DNA of 64,000 nucleotides, from the NCBI GenBank assembly GCA_964422555.1, contig CAYRBR010000001.1, positions 3,352-67,351 of the forward strand, read 5' to 3'. Below, in pieces: positions 1 through 8,722 of this stretch; the first letter of the stretch is position 1, and every line of letters starts with the position of its first letter. The notes beneath the pieces were generated by a model, which was given only the letters and a program-made list of their open reading frames with translations, did no database searches and was not told the origin of the DNA. This DNA is from an uncultured Caldisericota bacterium (GTDB lineage Bacteria; Caldisericota; Caldisericia; UBA6126). The position numbers and the translations under genes were made by a program.

Positions 1-4
1 CATA

Positions 5-1018
5 TTGTATGATGGATTATTGTTTTTTGCCAGAGCTTTTCGCTCAATACCTGGATCGTATCGATTTATACCCTTTTTACTACAAGACTGGATCGCAGTC
101 TTAATAGGAATTGTATTCATACTATATATCGTGTCTTACTACACGGGATTTTGTAAAAAATCAAAACACTTTATAACTTTCGTTTTATGTATCGCTGTTT
201 TGATTCTATTTATCCCCATTCACACCTCCAATACTAGAGTTGCTTTTTTCAATGTTGGAGATGGTGACTCTATATTTATCCAATCTCCTCATGGGAATAT
301 TCTTATTGATGTAGGAGAATGGGAAGGTGACTATTGTCCTGCAAAAACTACTATCGTTCCTTATTTGAAGAAGTGGGGGATAAATCATATTGATGCCATA
401 CTACTTACTCACTATCATTCTGATCATTATGGGGGAATACCGTATATTATCTCCCGTATTCCTGAAATAGACGTCCTTCTTCTTCCCGATACAAACAGTT
501 TGGACAAAAAGGTTTTTATAGAACACATGGTTCAGAAAGACGGTTTTAAAATACCCTGTAAGAATGTTGATCAAAAAATGGTTTTTAAGGAATCAGAAGA
601 AAGTAGTTTTGTTATTTTCCCTGTCTATAAACTGTATTCAGCTGAAATGACTATGAATGAGAACGATAATTCAATCATTTCGAAATATCTGTGTGGAAAC
701 ATATCATTTCTTTTTACAGGGGATTTAGAAGCCAATGGCGAAGAAGCTCTTCTTAGCTACAGTAGAAATCAACTACATTCCACTGTATTAAAAGTGGGAC
801 ATCATGGAAGTAATACTTCTACAACAGATGAATTTTTAGAAGCTGTAAAGCCGAAATATGCCATTATATCCTGTGGCAAATATTCCTACTGTAAACATCC
901 ATCAAACAAAGTGCTTGAAAGACTGAAAGCTCATTCGATTCCCGTAGAAACAACACATAATAAAGGAACTATTGTGTTAGAAACAGATGGTAGAACAGTT
1001 TGGTTTGCAGAAGAGTAG
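5..1018 (+). CDS. comEC: ComEC/Rec2-family competence protein, C-terminal part (last TM helices plus metallo-beta-lactamase domain). Partial: the ORF runs off the 5' window edge.
   Basis: Hydrophobic N-terminal segments are followed by MBL-fold motifs (LLTHYHSDHYGG, TGD, KVGHHGS), as in the ComEC C-terminal domain. There is no start or RBS inside the window, so it is 5'-truncated. Confidence 0.7.
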   Translation: MYDGLLFFARAFRSIPGSYRFIPFLLQDWIAVLIGIVFILYIVSYYTGFCKKSKHFITFVLCIAVLILFIPIHTSNTRVAFFNVGDGDSIFIQSPHGNILIDVGEWEGDYCPAKTTIVPYLKKWGINHIDAILLTHYHSDHYGGIPYIISRIPEIDVLLLPDTNSLDKKVFIEHMVQKDGFKIPCKNVDQKMVFKESEESSFVIFPVYKLYSAEMTMNENDNSIISKYLCGNISFLFTGDLEANGEEALLSYSRNQLHSTVLKVGHHGSNTSTTDEFLEAVKPKYAIISCGKYSYCKHPSNKVLERLKAHSIPVETTHNKGTIVLETDGRTVWFAEE

Positions 1019-1804
1019 TTAGGGGGTTGCATCTGGGTTAGGTTTAAATGCCATTACGCGACAAAGTTTGTTATAGGGGATTTGGATGCTCTGAAATCCA
1101 TTTGAGTAGGACGTAACCTGGTAGGGATTAAAAGTAACCAATAAACCCTGCGGAGAAATACAGACGTTGTAGAAATTGTCTGGTTTTGGAGCAGTACCTT
1201 CTCGCAACCATTCATCATTGTATTCAATTGCTTCTGTACTAAACTGTTCAATTAAGTTTTCTCTTGAAACCTTGGATAAAATAGGTAGGTATGAACTCTG
1301 AGAAAGGAACAGGTCAGCTGTTTCTAACTGTTTTCCTTTGCTAATATCTATGTTTAGGCTTTTAGAATACTCTTCGGGATGAGCTCCTCCAAGATCAATT
1401 GAGAAATAGAATAGAAAACTAATTTTCTCGAGACTGGCATAAATGGGTTCATATTCAACCCAAAGTTCTCCCTTTTTCGGAATGGTTTCAAGTAAGATGT
1501 TGTTCTTTATACTTTCTGTCCAGTACGACATTTCTTCAAAAAGGAAAGCAAAAATGATAATGTTTAGGTCTTTTTCTTTATCTTGATTTTGGGGGAAAGA
1601 TATTGAGGGAACACTCCCACGAAGAGTGTAGAAGTCGTTGTAAAAAGTTTGATTTGCTTCATCACTGGAAAACGTAACGATAGGAGGAATAGAATCTACT
1701 GGAATAGGAGATTTCGATAAGGAACAGGAACATAACAAAGAGGAAAAAAAGAAAAAAGTTACAAATATATAAATTGATATTCTATTACAACGGCACTTCT
1801 GCAT
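1019..1804 (-). CDS. Lipoprotein with a DUF3298/DUF4163 (RsiV/PdaC-like) domain
   Basis: The signal peptide carries a lipobox (FSSLLCSCS). DUF3298-type motifs are present (IDLGGAHPEE, IPYNKL, LVTFNPYQVTSY). An AAGGAG sits 9 nt upstream of the ATG at 1804. Confidence 0.55.
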   Translation of the reverse strand: MQKCRCNRISIYIFVTFFFFSSLLCSCSLSKSPIPVDSIPPIVTFSSDEANQTFYNDFYTLRGSVPSISFPQNQDKEKDLNIIIFAFLFEEMSYWTESIKNNILLETIPKKGELWVEYEPIYASLEKISFLFYFSIDLGGAHPEEYSKSLNIDISKGKQLETADLFLSQSSYLPILSKVSRENLIEQFSTEAIEYNDEWLREGTAPKPDNFYNVCISPQGLLVTFNPYQVTSYSNGFQSIQIPYNKLCRVMAFKPNPDATP

Positions 1805-1871
1805 TCTGTCTTCTCCTTACTGAAAAGAAATTACTAAAACTATTGTATCATGGAGAAGTGAAAAACTCGAA

Positions 1872-1899
1872 TTGACACTCACAGAGAGTTCACTATGAT
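1872..1899 (+). promoter_or_regulatory. Sigma70-type promoter for the aminopeptidase gene
   Basis: TTGACA (1872-1877), a 16-nt spacer, and TATGAT (1894-1899), about 35 nt upstream of the AGGAGG RBS and ATG. Confidence 0.5.
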
Positions 1900-1934
1900 A
1901 TTGAGCATGTATGAAAACGAACAGGAGGCTAACT

Positions 1935-3344
1935 ATGAGCACTGAAAAAACTGCTATTGAAGAGAAAAAAGACAAACTCTTCTTCCAAAAGAAAATGGTT
2001 TGGAATAAAGACAATCATTCCAAAATCATGCAGTTTTCCGAAGAATATAAGAAAATCCTGGATGCTGGAAAAACAGAACGAACTTTTGTAAAAGAAGTGA
2101 AACAAATTCTTGATGCGAATCAATTCGTTGAATTGAAAGATCAGAAGCCCGAAAATGGAAAAAAATATTACCGTATTATTAACGAAAAAGGTATTTTTGC
2201 TTTTGTGCCAGGAAAAAAAGAAATTTCAGAGGGAATCAATTTTATTGCTACCCATATTGATTCTCCCCGGTTAGATATTAAGCCAAATCCATTGTTCGAA
2301 GATGGTGGGATGGCATTTTTAGACACTCATTATTATGGTGGAATCAAGACATATCAATGGATGAACATGCCATTGTCTCTTCATGGTGTTGTCACAAAAA
2401 CAAATGGGGAAGTGGTTGAGATCCATGTGGGAGAAAAAGAAGACGACCCAATTTTTATGATTTCTGATATTTTACCGCATCTGGCAAGAGGTTATAAGTC
2501 TAAACCTGTTGGGGATGTTTTTAAAAATGAGCAGTTAGATGTAATTGTGGGAAGTCTTCCATATGATTTTAAAGAAAAAGAAAAAGACGCTATTAAACTT
2601 TACGTCTTAAATTATCTTCAGGAAACATATGGAATTTGTGAAGAAGATTTCTTTAGTGCTGAATTGGAATTTTCACCTTCTGCAAAAGCAAAAGATGTAG
2701 GCTTCGATAGAGGATTAATTGTCGGGTATGGACACGATGATAGATGCTGCTCTTATCCTGCAATCCGAGCTTTAATCGACATGGAAAATGTACCTGAGAA
2801 AGCAGCAATGGCATTGTTATTCGATAAAGAAGAGATTGGTTCTGTGGGAACCACAGGTGCAATGACACATTTAATGGAAGTGTTTATTGAAGATCTTCTT
2901 CCACTTGATAGCAATCCTGTCTCTTTACATAAAGTTTTAGCTCGATCTGCTTGTTTATCGGGTGATGTAGGTGCTGGATTAGATCCACATTTCAAAGATG
3001 TATTTGAAGCAAAAAATGCTGCAGAATTACACAAAGGTGTGATTTTAACAAAATATACTGGTTCTGGTGGCAAAGGTGGAGCTAATGATGCTCATGCTGA
3101 GTTTTTAGGAAAAGTAAGAGCAGTGATGGCAGAATCAGATATTATTTATCAAGTAGCCGAACTGGGAAAAGTAGATGTAGGTGGCGGAGGAACGGTAGCT
3201 TGTTATTTTAGTAATCGTGGAATTCAAACCGTAGATGCTGGAATGGCTGTTTTATCGATGCATTCTCCACAAGAAATTATTGCAAAAGATGATTTGTTTG
3301 AGCTTTATAGGGCATATAAAGGATTCTTTGAGAAATACGATTAA
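1935..3344 (+). CDS. M18-family aminopeptidase (aspartyl/aminopeptidase I type)
   Basis: Length is about 470 aa. Motifs FIATHIDSPRLDIKPNP, GYGHDDR and LLFDKEEIGS fit the M18 zinc aminopeptidase family. The start was moved to the ATG at 1935, which has AGGAGG 7 nt upstream; the track's 1911 start lacks an RBS. Confidence 0.7.
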   Translation: MSTEKTAIEEKKDKLFFQKKMVWNKDNHSKIMQFSEEYKKILDAGKTERTFVKEVKQILDANQFVELKDQKPENGKKYYRIINEKGIFAFVPGKKEISEGINFIATHIDSPRLDIKPNPLFEDGGMAFLDTHYYGGIKTYQWMNMPLSLHGVVTKTNGEVVEIHVGEKEDDPIFMISDILPHLARGYKSKPVGDVFKNEQLDVIVGSLPYDFKEKEKDAIKLYVLNYLQETYGICEEDFFSAELEFSPSAKAKDVGFDRGLIVGYGHDDRCCSYPAIRALIDMENVPEKAAMALLFDKEEIGSVGTTGAMTHLMEVFIEDLLPLDSNPVSLHKVLARSACLSGDVGAGLDPHFKDVFEAKNAAELHKGVILTKYTGSGGKGGANDAHAEFLGKVRAVMAESDIIYQVAELGKVDVGGGGTVACYFSNRGIQTVDAGMAVLSMHSPQEIIAKDDLFELYRAYKGFFEKYD

Positions 3345-3365
3345 GAAGTATCCTTAGGTATAAGA

Positions 3366-3403
3366 TAAAAAAAAACCCTTGGCGCAACCAAGGGTTTTTT
3401 TTT
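3366..3403. terminator. Bidirectional rho-independent terminator between convergent genes
   Basis: An A10 run is followed by a 7-bp stem (CCCTTGG / CCAAGGG) with a 5-nt loop and then a T9 run. This gives a U-tract on either strand. It lies after the aminopeptidase (+) and after ribU (-). Confidence 0.8.
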
Positions 3404-3405
3404 GT

Positions 3406-3951
3406 TTAACCATGAAGAGATTCAAAAAAACGCTTTAAGCGAGGGAGCAGTCCTCCAAATAAAATACTGTTAATTCCAGAATGAATTAAATTGAATGGGA
3501 TAATTGCTGGTAGAAGTAGTTTTTTTACAGCTTCTACTGGAGCATGGATTACGATGGGAGTAATAATTAAATTGGCAGGAATCATAATGCCTGTTCTTCC
3601 TAGTATTCCACATATCAAACCAACAATAATTGTACTGGTTTTTTTGCTTTTTCGTGCGATTAAAGAAAAGACTAAGACGAAAGTACCGGAAGCCAAAAAG
3701 TTCATAAGCATACCCCAGATACCATTCCCATCTGCTCTGAATAAAGCAAAGAAAACAGCTTTTAATGCAGAGCCTAAGATTCCTGGAATTGGTCCAAAGA
3801 AATACCCGATAATTAACAATGGAAGATCACCAGGAGAGTAAAGAAGAAAAGGGGCATTTGGCAAAATAGGAATCGCAATAAAATACTCAAACGCGATTGC
3901 AAGAGCAATTAAAACTCCTACTGTAGTAAACACTTTAACAGAATTTCTCAT
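3406..3951 (-). CDS. ribU: ECF-transporter S component, riboflavin/FMN-specific (RibU-like)
   Basis: A 181-aa polytopic membrane protein. It is directly preceded on the minus strand by an FMN riboswitch, the typical RibU/YpaA arrangement in Gram-positive bacteria. Confidence 0.65.
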   Translation of the reverse strand: MRNSVKVFTTVGVLIALAIAFEYFIAIPILPNAPFLLYSPGDLPLLIIGYFFGPIPGILGSALKAVFFALFRADGNGIWGMLMNFLASGTFVLVFSLIARKSKKTSTIIVGLICGILGRTGIMIPANLIITPIVIHAPVEAVKKLLLPAIIPFNLIHSGINSILFGGLLPRLKRFFESLHG

Positions 3952-3954
3952 ATA

Positions 3955-4106
3955 TCACCTCGAAGTAGTAATTTTACTTCAAGGGCCATTACGGGAATGC
4001 CTTCTCCCGTCCAGACTATACTGTCGGTATTGGAATTTCACCAATTCATGCTTGAAAAGCTCGCGGACTTTACCGCCGGTAGGGAATTACACCCTGCCCT
4101 GAAAGC
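3955..4106 (-). ncRNA. FMN riboswitch (RFN element): aptamer about 3999-4106, expression platform about 3955-3998
   Basis: The minus strand reads ...CUUUCAGGGCAGGGUGUAAUUCCCUACCGGCGGUAAAGUCCGCGAGC...GGUGAAAUUCCAAUACCGACAGUAUAGUCUGGACGGGAGAAGGC. This matches the conserved RFN cores (GGGCAGGGUGAAAUUCCCGACCGGCGGUAGUAAAGC...CCGACAGU.AAGUCUGGAUGGGAGAAGG). Downstream, a hairpin CUUGAAGUA...UACUUCGAGG sequesters the ribU SD (GAGGUG). Confidence 0.8.
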
Positions 4107-4112
4107 AATTCC

Positions 4113-4140
4113 ATAATAGTAAAATAAAGAGAAATTACAA
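4113..4140 (-). promoter_or_regulatory. Promoter for the FMN riboswitch-ribU transcript
   Basis: On the minus strand: TTGTAA (-35, plus 4135-4140), a 16-nt spacer, TATTAT (-10, plus 4113-4118). The riboswitch starts just downstream. Confidence 0.5.
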
Positions 4141-4166
4141 TACTATATTGTTATTTTTTAAGTTTA

Positions 4167-4445
4167 TTATTTGTCAGAATCGCCACATGAGCTGCAATTG
4201 CCATTGCAACCTTCTGTTGCTTCTTCATCCGAATCGGTATCCGTATCAAAATCACTGCTATCGAAGGTTTCTTCTTTGGCAGGAATCATGAAGCTAACAA
4301 TAAGAATTACAACACCGGCCATAATGATGAAGAAAATGGCTACATTTAGTAAAAATAAACCAAAGATAGGCCACCAGTGGATCCCCATCCAAATACCAGC
4401 AATCGTTACAACAACACCGAGTAGCATATACAACCATTTTTTCAT
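4167..4445 (-). CDS. Small two-TM membrane protein with an acidic, Cys-rich C-terminal tail (hypothetical)
   Basis: Translation: MKKWLYMLLGVVVTIAGIWMGIHWWPIFGLFLLNVAIFFIIMAGVVILIVSFMIPAKEETFDSSDFDTDTDSDEEATEGCNGNCSSCGDSDK. The start was moved to the ATG with GGAGG 7 nt upstream; the track's extra MEDT comes from a TTG. Confidence 0.5.
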   Translation of the reverse strand: MKKWLYMLLGVVVTIAGIWMGIHWWPIFGLFLLNVAIFFIIMAGVVILIVSFMIPAKEETFDSSDFDTDTDSDEEATEGCNGNCSSCGDSDK

Positions 4446-4480
4446 AGTATCCTCCAATATGTTACAAAATCAGTTTGAGT

Positions 4481-4509
4481 TTATCATAAAAATTGATTTT
4501 TACTATAAT
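4481..4509 (+). promoter_or_regulatory. Sigma70-type promoter for leuS
   Basis: TTATCA (4481-4486), a 17-nt spacer, TATAAT (4504-4509). The leader is about 35 nt with an AGAGAGG RBS. Confidence 0.5.
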
Positions 4510-4547
4510 CATATACTGGTAACTTATGTAGCATAAGAGAGGTAGAT

Positions 4548-6962
4548 ATGCAAAACGAACATTTTGATTTTAAAACGGTTGATAAAAAATGGCAGGAAAA
4601 ATGGCAAGAGACGAACCTATATAGAGCAAAAGAACAAGGCGATAAACCAAAATTCTATATTTTAGATATGTTTCCGTATCCATCAGCTGCTGGACTACAT
4701 GTTGGTCATCCTGAAGGGTATACTGCAAGTGATATTTTAGCCCGATTCAAAATGATGAATGGATTTGAAGTATTACACCCAATGGGATGGGATGCATTTG
4801 GGCTACCCACTGAGAATTATGCTATAAAAATGAAAATTCATCCAGCAATTGCTACAGAAGAAAATATAAAAAATTTTAAAAGACAGATTTCTCGGTTTGG
4901 TTTTACTTATGATTGGGATCGCGAAGTAAACACAACAGATCCAACCTATTACAAATGGACGCAATGGATTTTTGTGAAATTGTTTGAAAACGGATTGGCT
5001 TACGAAAAAGAAGCACCGATTAATTGGTGTCCTTCGTGTAAAACCGGATTGGCAAACGAAGAAGTTGTGGATGGAAAATGCGATCGGTGTGGAGCTATTA
5101 TTGAAAGAAAAAATCTTCGTCAATGGATGCTACGTATTACTGCGTATGCTCAAAGATTAATAGACGATTTAGAATTAGTTGACTGGCCTGAAGAAATTAA
5201 AACAATGCAAAAAAATTGGATTGGGAAATCAACCGGTGCTTTAGTTCACTTTCCCATTGCTGAAACAAATGAATCATTGGAGATTTTTACAACCAGACCG
5301 GACACTATTTTTGGAGTTACCTATATGGTTTTATCTCCTGAGCATCCTCTTTTAGATAAACTTGTTACCGGTTGTTACAAAGAAAGATTAGAAGACTATC
5401 GAAAAGAAATTCAATCTAAAAGTGATATGGAAAGGACAGAACTGAACAAGGAAAAAACTGGAATTGATAGCGGTTTGTTTTGTATTAATCCTCTTAATAA
5501 CCAGAAAATTCCCATTTTTATTGCAGATTATGTTTTAATGAGTTACGGTACTGGTGCCATTATGGCAGTTCCAGCTCACGACCAAAGAGACTATGATTTT
5601 GCAAAAAAATATAATCTTCCCATTACACCAGTAATTAAACCTTTTGATGGAGAGGCTCCTTCAGATGCAGCCTTTGATTTACCGGGAACAATGATTAATT
5701 CAGGTGCTTTTGATGGCATGAATTCCGAAGAAGCAAAAAAAGAAATTCTATCCTACATAGAAGAGAAGAATATTGGAAAACAGTCTACTCAATTCAAACT
5801 TAGAGACTGGATTTTTTCAAGACAGCGATTTTGGGGAGAACCAATTCCTATTGTACATTGTGAAAACTGTGGACCTGTTGCTGTACCAATTGATCAATTA
5901 CCACTTACTTTACCAGAAGTTTCTTCTTATGAACCCAGTGGAACCGGGGAATCACCTTTAGCAGCTATAGAAGAATGGGTTAATACTACTTGCCCGAAGT
6001 GTGGTGGAAAAGCTCGAAGAGAGACAAACACTATGCCTCAGTGGGCTGGTTCTTCTTGGTATTATATTCGCTATACCGATCCAAACTGTACAACTGCATT
6101 GGCTTCAAAGGAAGCCATGGATTACTGGTTACCTGTTGATACGTATATTGGGGGAAAAGAACACACAAACCTTCATTTATTGTATGTTCGATTTTGGCAC
6201 AAGTTCCTGCAGGACATAGGAGTAGTTCATTGTCCTGAACCATTTATGAAACTTCGGAATCAGGGTATGGTTTTGGCTGAAGATGGTCGAAAAATGTCGA
6301 AATCGTTAGGGAATGTAATTAACCCAGATGAAGTTTTGGATGAATATGGGGCAGATGTGGTTCGAATGTATGAAATGTTTATGGGACCCTTCGAACAAGA
6401 ATCGTTATGGAACACTCAGGGTGTTGAAGGAGTAAAACGATTTCTTCAGAAAGTGTGGAATCTTTTTTTAAAGAACCATAAAAATGGTACACCTTCTGAA
6501 GATCAGTTGCGAATGATGCATAAAACTATTAAAAAAGTCACCCAGGATATTGAATCTTTTTCTTTTAATACTGCAATTTCAGCGATGATGATTTTCACAA
6601 ATTTTCTTCAGAAAGAAAAAGAAATTTGTTCCTCTTCTTTATTGACACTTTTACAGTTACTTTCTCCTTTTGCTCCGCATATGTGTGAAGAACTGTGGGA
6701 ACAAATGAACCAAAAAAATTCAATATTTTTATCAGCATGGCCTGTTTTTGATGAAAAGTATTGCAAAGATCCTGAAGTAACAATCGCAATTCAGATTAAT
6801 GGGAAGCTTAGAGATAAAGTAGAGGTGCCAGCGGATATAGAAGAAGAAGAGTTGAAGAAGATTGTTCTTGCGCAAGATAACGCAAAAAAATTTCTAGTTG
6901 ACAAACAAATTGTGAAATGGATTATTATTCCGGCACGGTTAGTTAATTTGGTCGTCAAATAA
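4548..6962 (+). CDS. leuS: Leucyl-tRNA synthetase
   Basis: 804 aa with class I HIGH (HVGHPEGY) and KMSKS motifs, a CP1 editing domain and the typical LeuS N-terminus. Confidence 0.97.
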   Translation: MQNEHFDFKTVDKKWQEKWQETNLYRAKEQGDKPKFYILDMFPYPSAAGLHVGHPEGYTASDILARFKMMNGFEVLHPMGWDAFGLPTENYAIKMKIHPAIATEENIKNFKRQISRFGFTYDWDREVNTTDPTYYKWTQWIFVKLFENGLAYEKEAPINWCPSCKTGLANEEVVDGKCDRCGAIIERKNLRQWMLRITAYAQRLIDDLELVDWPEEIKTMQKNWIGKSTGALVHFPIAETNESLEIFTTRPDTIFGVTYMVLSPEHPLLDKLVTGCYKERLEDYRKEIQSKSDMERTELNKEKTGIDSGLFCINPLNNQKIPIFIADYVLMSYGTGAIMAVPAHDQRDYDFAKKYNLPITPVIKPFDGEAPSDAAFDLPGTMINSGAFDGMNSEEAKKEILSYIEEKNIGKQSTQFKLRDWIFSRQRFWGEPIPIVHCENCGPVAVPIDQLPLTLPEVSSYEPSGTGESPLAAIEEWVNTTCPKCGGKARRETNTMPQWAGSSWYYIRYTDPNCTTALASKEAMDYWLPVDTYIGGKEHTNLHLLYVRFWHKFLQDIGVVHCPEPFMKLRNQGMVLAEDGRKMSKSLGNVINPDEVLDEYGADVVRMYEMFMGPFEQESLWNTQGVEGVKRFLQKVWNLFLKNHKNGTPSEDQLRMMHKTIKKVTQDIESFSFNTAISAMMIFTNFLQKEKEICSSSLLTLLQLLSPFAPHMCEELWEQMNQKNSIFLSAWPVFDEKYCKDPEVTIAIQINGKLRDKVEVPADIEEEELKKIVLAQDNAKKFLVDKQIVKWIIIPARLVNLVVK

Positions 6963-6982
6963 AATATTACGAAAGAGGAATT

Positions 6983-8677
6983 ATGCAGGTATTAGGATCG
7001 ACTGATATTGCTTCCATAATTGGTGGATTAGGGATTTTTCTTTTTGGCTTGTATACATTCAGCGAGTATTTAAAAGATATTGCAGGAGATAGGCTGAAAA
7101 GTATTCTCAATTCAGCAACAAGATCTCCATGGATAGGACTTTTAACAGGTGCTCTTCTAGCATCCTTGGTGCAATCATCGTCCGTTGTGACAGTGATTGC
7201 ATTGGCATTTGTAAATTCAGGTTTATTAAGTTTCGAGCAGTCATTGGGGTTAATATTTGGAGCAAATATTGGTACCACTATTACTGCTCAGATTATAGCT
7301 TTCAATATTACCGAGTGGGGTTTTTATTTAATACCTCTTGGTTTAATTATCATTTTTATTGTGAAACGAAGAAGACCTAAAGCGTTAGGGTATTCAATTG
7401 TTTCATTTGGATTCTTATTGCTCGGATTGTACTTAATGAAGACAGGCTTAACCCCATTAAAAACATACGAACCCTTTCTTGCAGCAATGGCTGGTTTAGG
7501 AGATTCTCCCTTGAAGGGAATTTTTGCTTCTACTGTCTTTACAGGTATTGTGCAATCTTCATCAGCAACAACCTCTTTAGTTGTTACCTTAGTGCAACAG
7601 AATTTAATTCACTTTAAGAGTGCAATACCTCTTGTACTTGGTGCAAACATCGGAACTACTGTTACGGCTGCTTTGGCATCAATTGGGGCCAATAAAAACG
7701 CAAAACGAGTTGCTATGGCTCACTTCGTATTTAATTTCACCGGAGTAGTTGCAATTTATTTTTTCATTGTGAATGGATCGTATGCTCATCTCGTGACTTC
7801 AGTAACCGATTTTCTCTCGGGTGGGAATTATACAAGCGAACGATTGATTGCAAACTGCCATACAATTTTTAATGTGACATGGTCTGTTTTCTGGTGCTGG
7901 CAAGTAACTCTTTTTGCACGTATTGTTAAGCTTTTGATTCCTGGTGAAACAAAAGAATACCCTATGAATACATATTTAGATAGTCGCTTGATCTCTACCC
8001 CTTCTTTGGCTCTTGAAGCAACCAGAGAAGAATTACACCGAATGGCAACTTTAAGCTCAGAAATGGTGCAAAATCAGGTAGAGATTATTCTTAAAAATCG
8101 ATCCTTCAAAGAAGCGAAAGAAGTATGGGAGCTTGAAAAAGTAGTGAATCACATTAACCGAGATACAATCCGGTACTTGAAGAATTTGTATAACAGTAAT
8201 CTTACTGAGTTTGAAAGCAAATTGGCATTGAATTTTATGCATGTATCTTCTGATCTTGAAAGATGGGGTGATCATGCGACTAATTTGTTTGAAGTAGCAG
8301 AGCATATTTTTGAAAATAACACAACTCTCACAAACGAGAATCTAGAGAATATTTCTCAACTTTTTGATTTAGTGAAAGAGAATATCGATGAAGTTGAGAA
8401 GTTACTGAAGAATAGTTTAGATAACTATCAGCAGGAAGAACTTGATCGTCTTTACAAGCAAGCAAAGAAAAGAGAACAAGAGATAGATCGACTATCAGAC
8501 AATGTGAAAGAGACAAACATTAATTCCTATATGTGTAGTGTTACAAATGAGATAAGCATAGACAATGCGGTGGTTGTGAACGATATACTAACGAATTTAG
8601 AACGTATTGGGGACCATGCTTACAATATCATCCGGTATTTTACAGTCCCTCCTGAAAAAGACAAATTTGCAGGATAA
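6983..8677 (+). CDS. Na/Pi-cotransporter family protein with C-terminal PhoU-like domains (NptA/YjbB type)
   Basis: Duplicated Na/Pi cotransporter repeats (QSSSVVTVIALAF... / QSSSATTSLVVTL...GANIGTT) are followed by a roughly 200-aa soluble PhoU-like helical region. Confidence 0.85.
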   Translation: MQVLGSTDIASIIGGLGIFLFGLYTFSEYLKDIAGDRLKSILNSATRSPWIGLLTGALLASLVQSSSVVTVIALAFVNSGLLSFEQSLGLIFGANIGTTITAQIIAFNITEWGFYLIPLGLIIIFIVKRRRPKALGYSIVSFGFLLLGLYLMKTGLTPLKTYEPFLAAMAGLGDSPLKGIFASTVFTGIVQSSSATTSLVVTLVQQNLIHFKSAIPLVLGANIGTTVTAALASIGANKNAKRVAMAHFVFNFTGVVAIYFFIVNGSYAHLVTSVTDFLSGGNYTSERLIANCHTIFNVTWSVFWCWQVTLFARIVKLLIPGETKEYPMNTYLDSRLISTPSLALEATREELHRMATLSSEMVQNQVEIILKNRSFKEAKEVWELEKVVNHINRDTIRYLKNLYNSNLTEFESKLALNFMHVSSDLERWGDHATNLFEVAEHIFENNTTLTNENLENISQLFDLVKENIDEVEKLLKNSLDNYQQEELDRLYKQAKKREQEIDRLSDNVKETNINSYMCSVTNEISIDNAVVVNDILTNLERIGDHAYNIIRYFTVPPEKDKFAG

Positions 8678-8705
8678 GAAGAAGAGCTGCAATGCTCTTC
8701 TTCTT
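8677..8705. terminator. Strong GC-poor hairpin between convergent genes (bidirectional terminator-like)
   Basis: A 12-bp perfect stem (AAGAAGAAGAGC / GCTCTTCTTCTT) with a 6-nt loop. The 3' arm is U-rich on both strands. Confidence 0.6.
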
Positions 8706-8722
8706 ATCCTCTTTGATAACTA

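Noticed and set aside
2753-3073. 106-aa minus-strand ORF inside the aminopeptidase gene
   Set aside because: Antisense to a well-supported CDS, with no RBS and no conserved features.
3491-3841. 116-aa plus-strand ORF antisense to ribU
   Set aside because: Antisense shadow ORF inside a riboswitch-controlled transporter gene, with no RBS.
4171-4536. 121-aa plus-strand ORF overlapping the small minus-strand membrane protein and the leuS promoter
   Set aside because: Ser/low-complexity translation antisense to a gene with a good RBS and TM pattern. It has no RBS of its own and reads through a promoter.
4446-4547. T-box leader upstream of leuS
   Set aside because: Only about 100 nt are available, most of it promoter. 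No specifier loop or T-box sequence is present.
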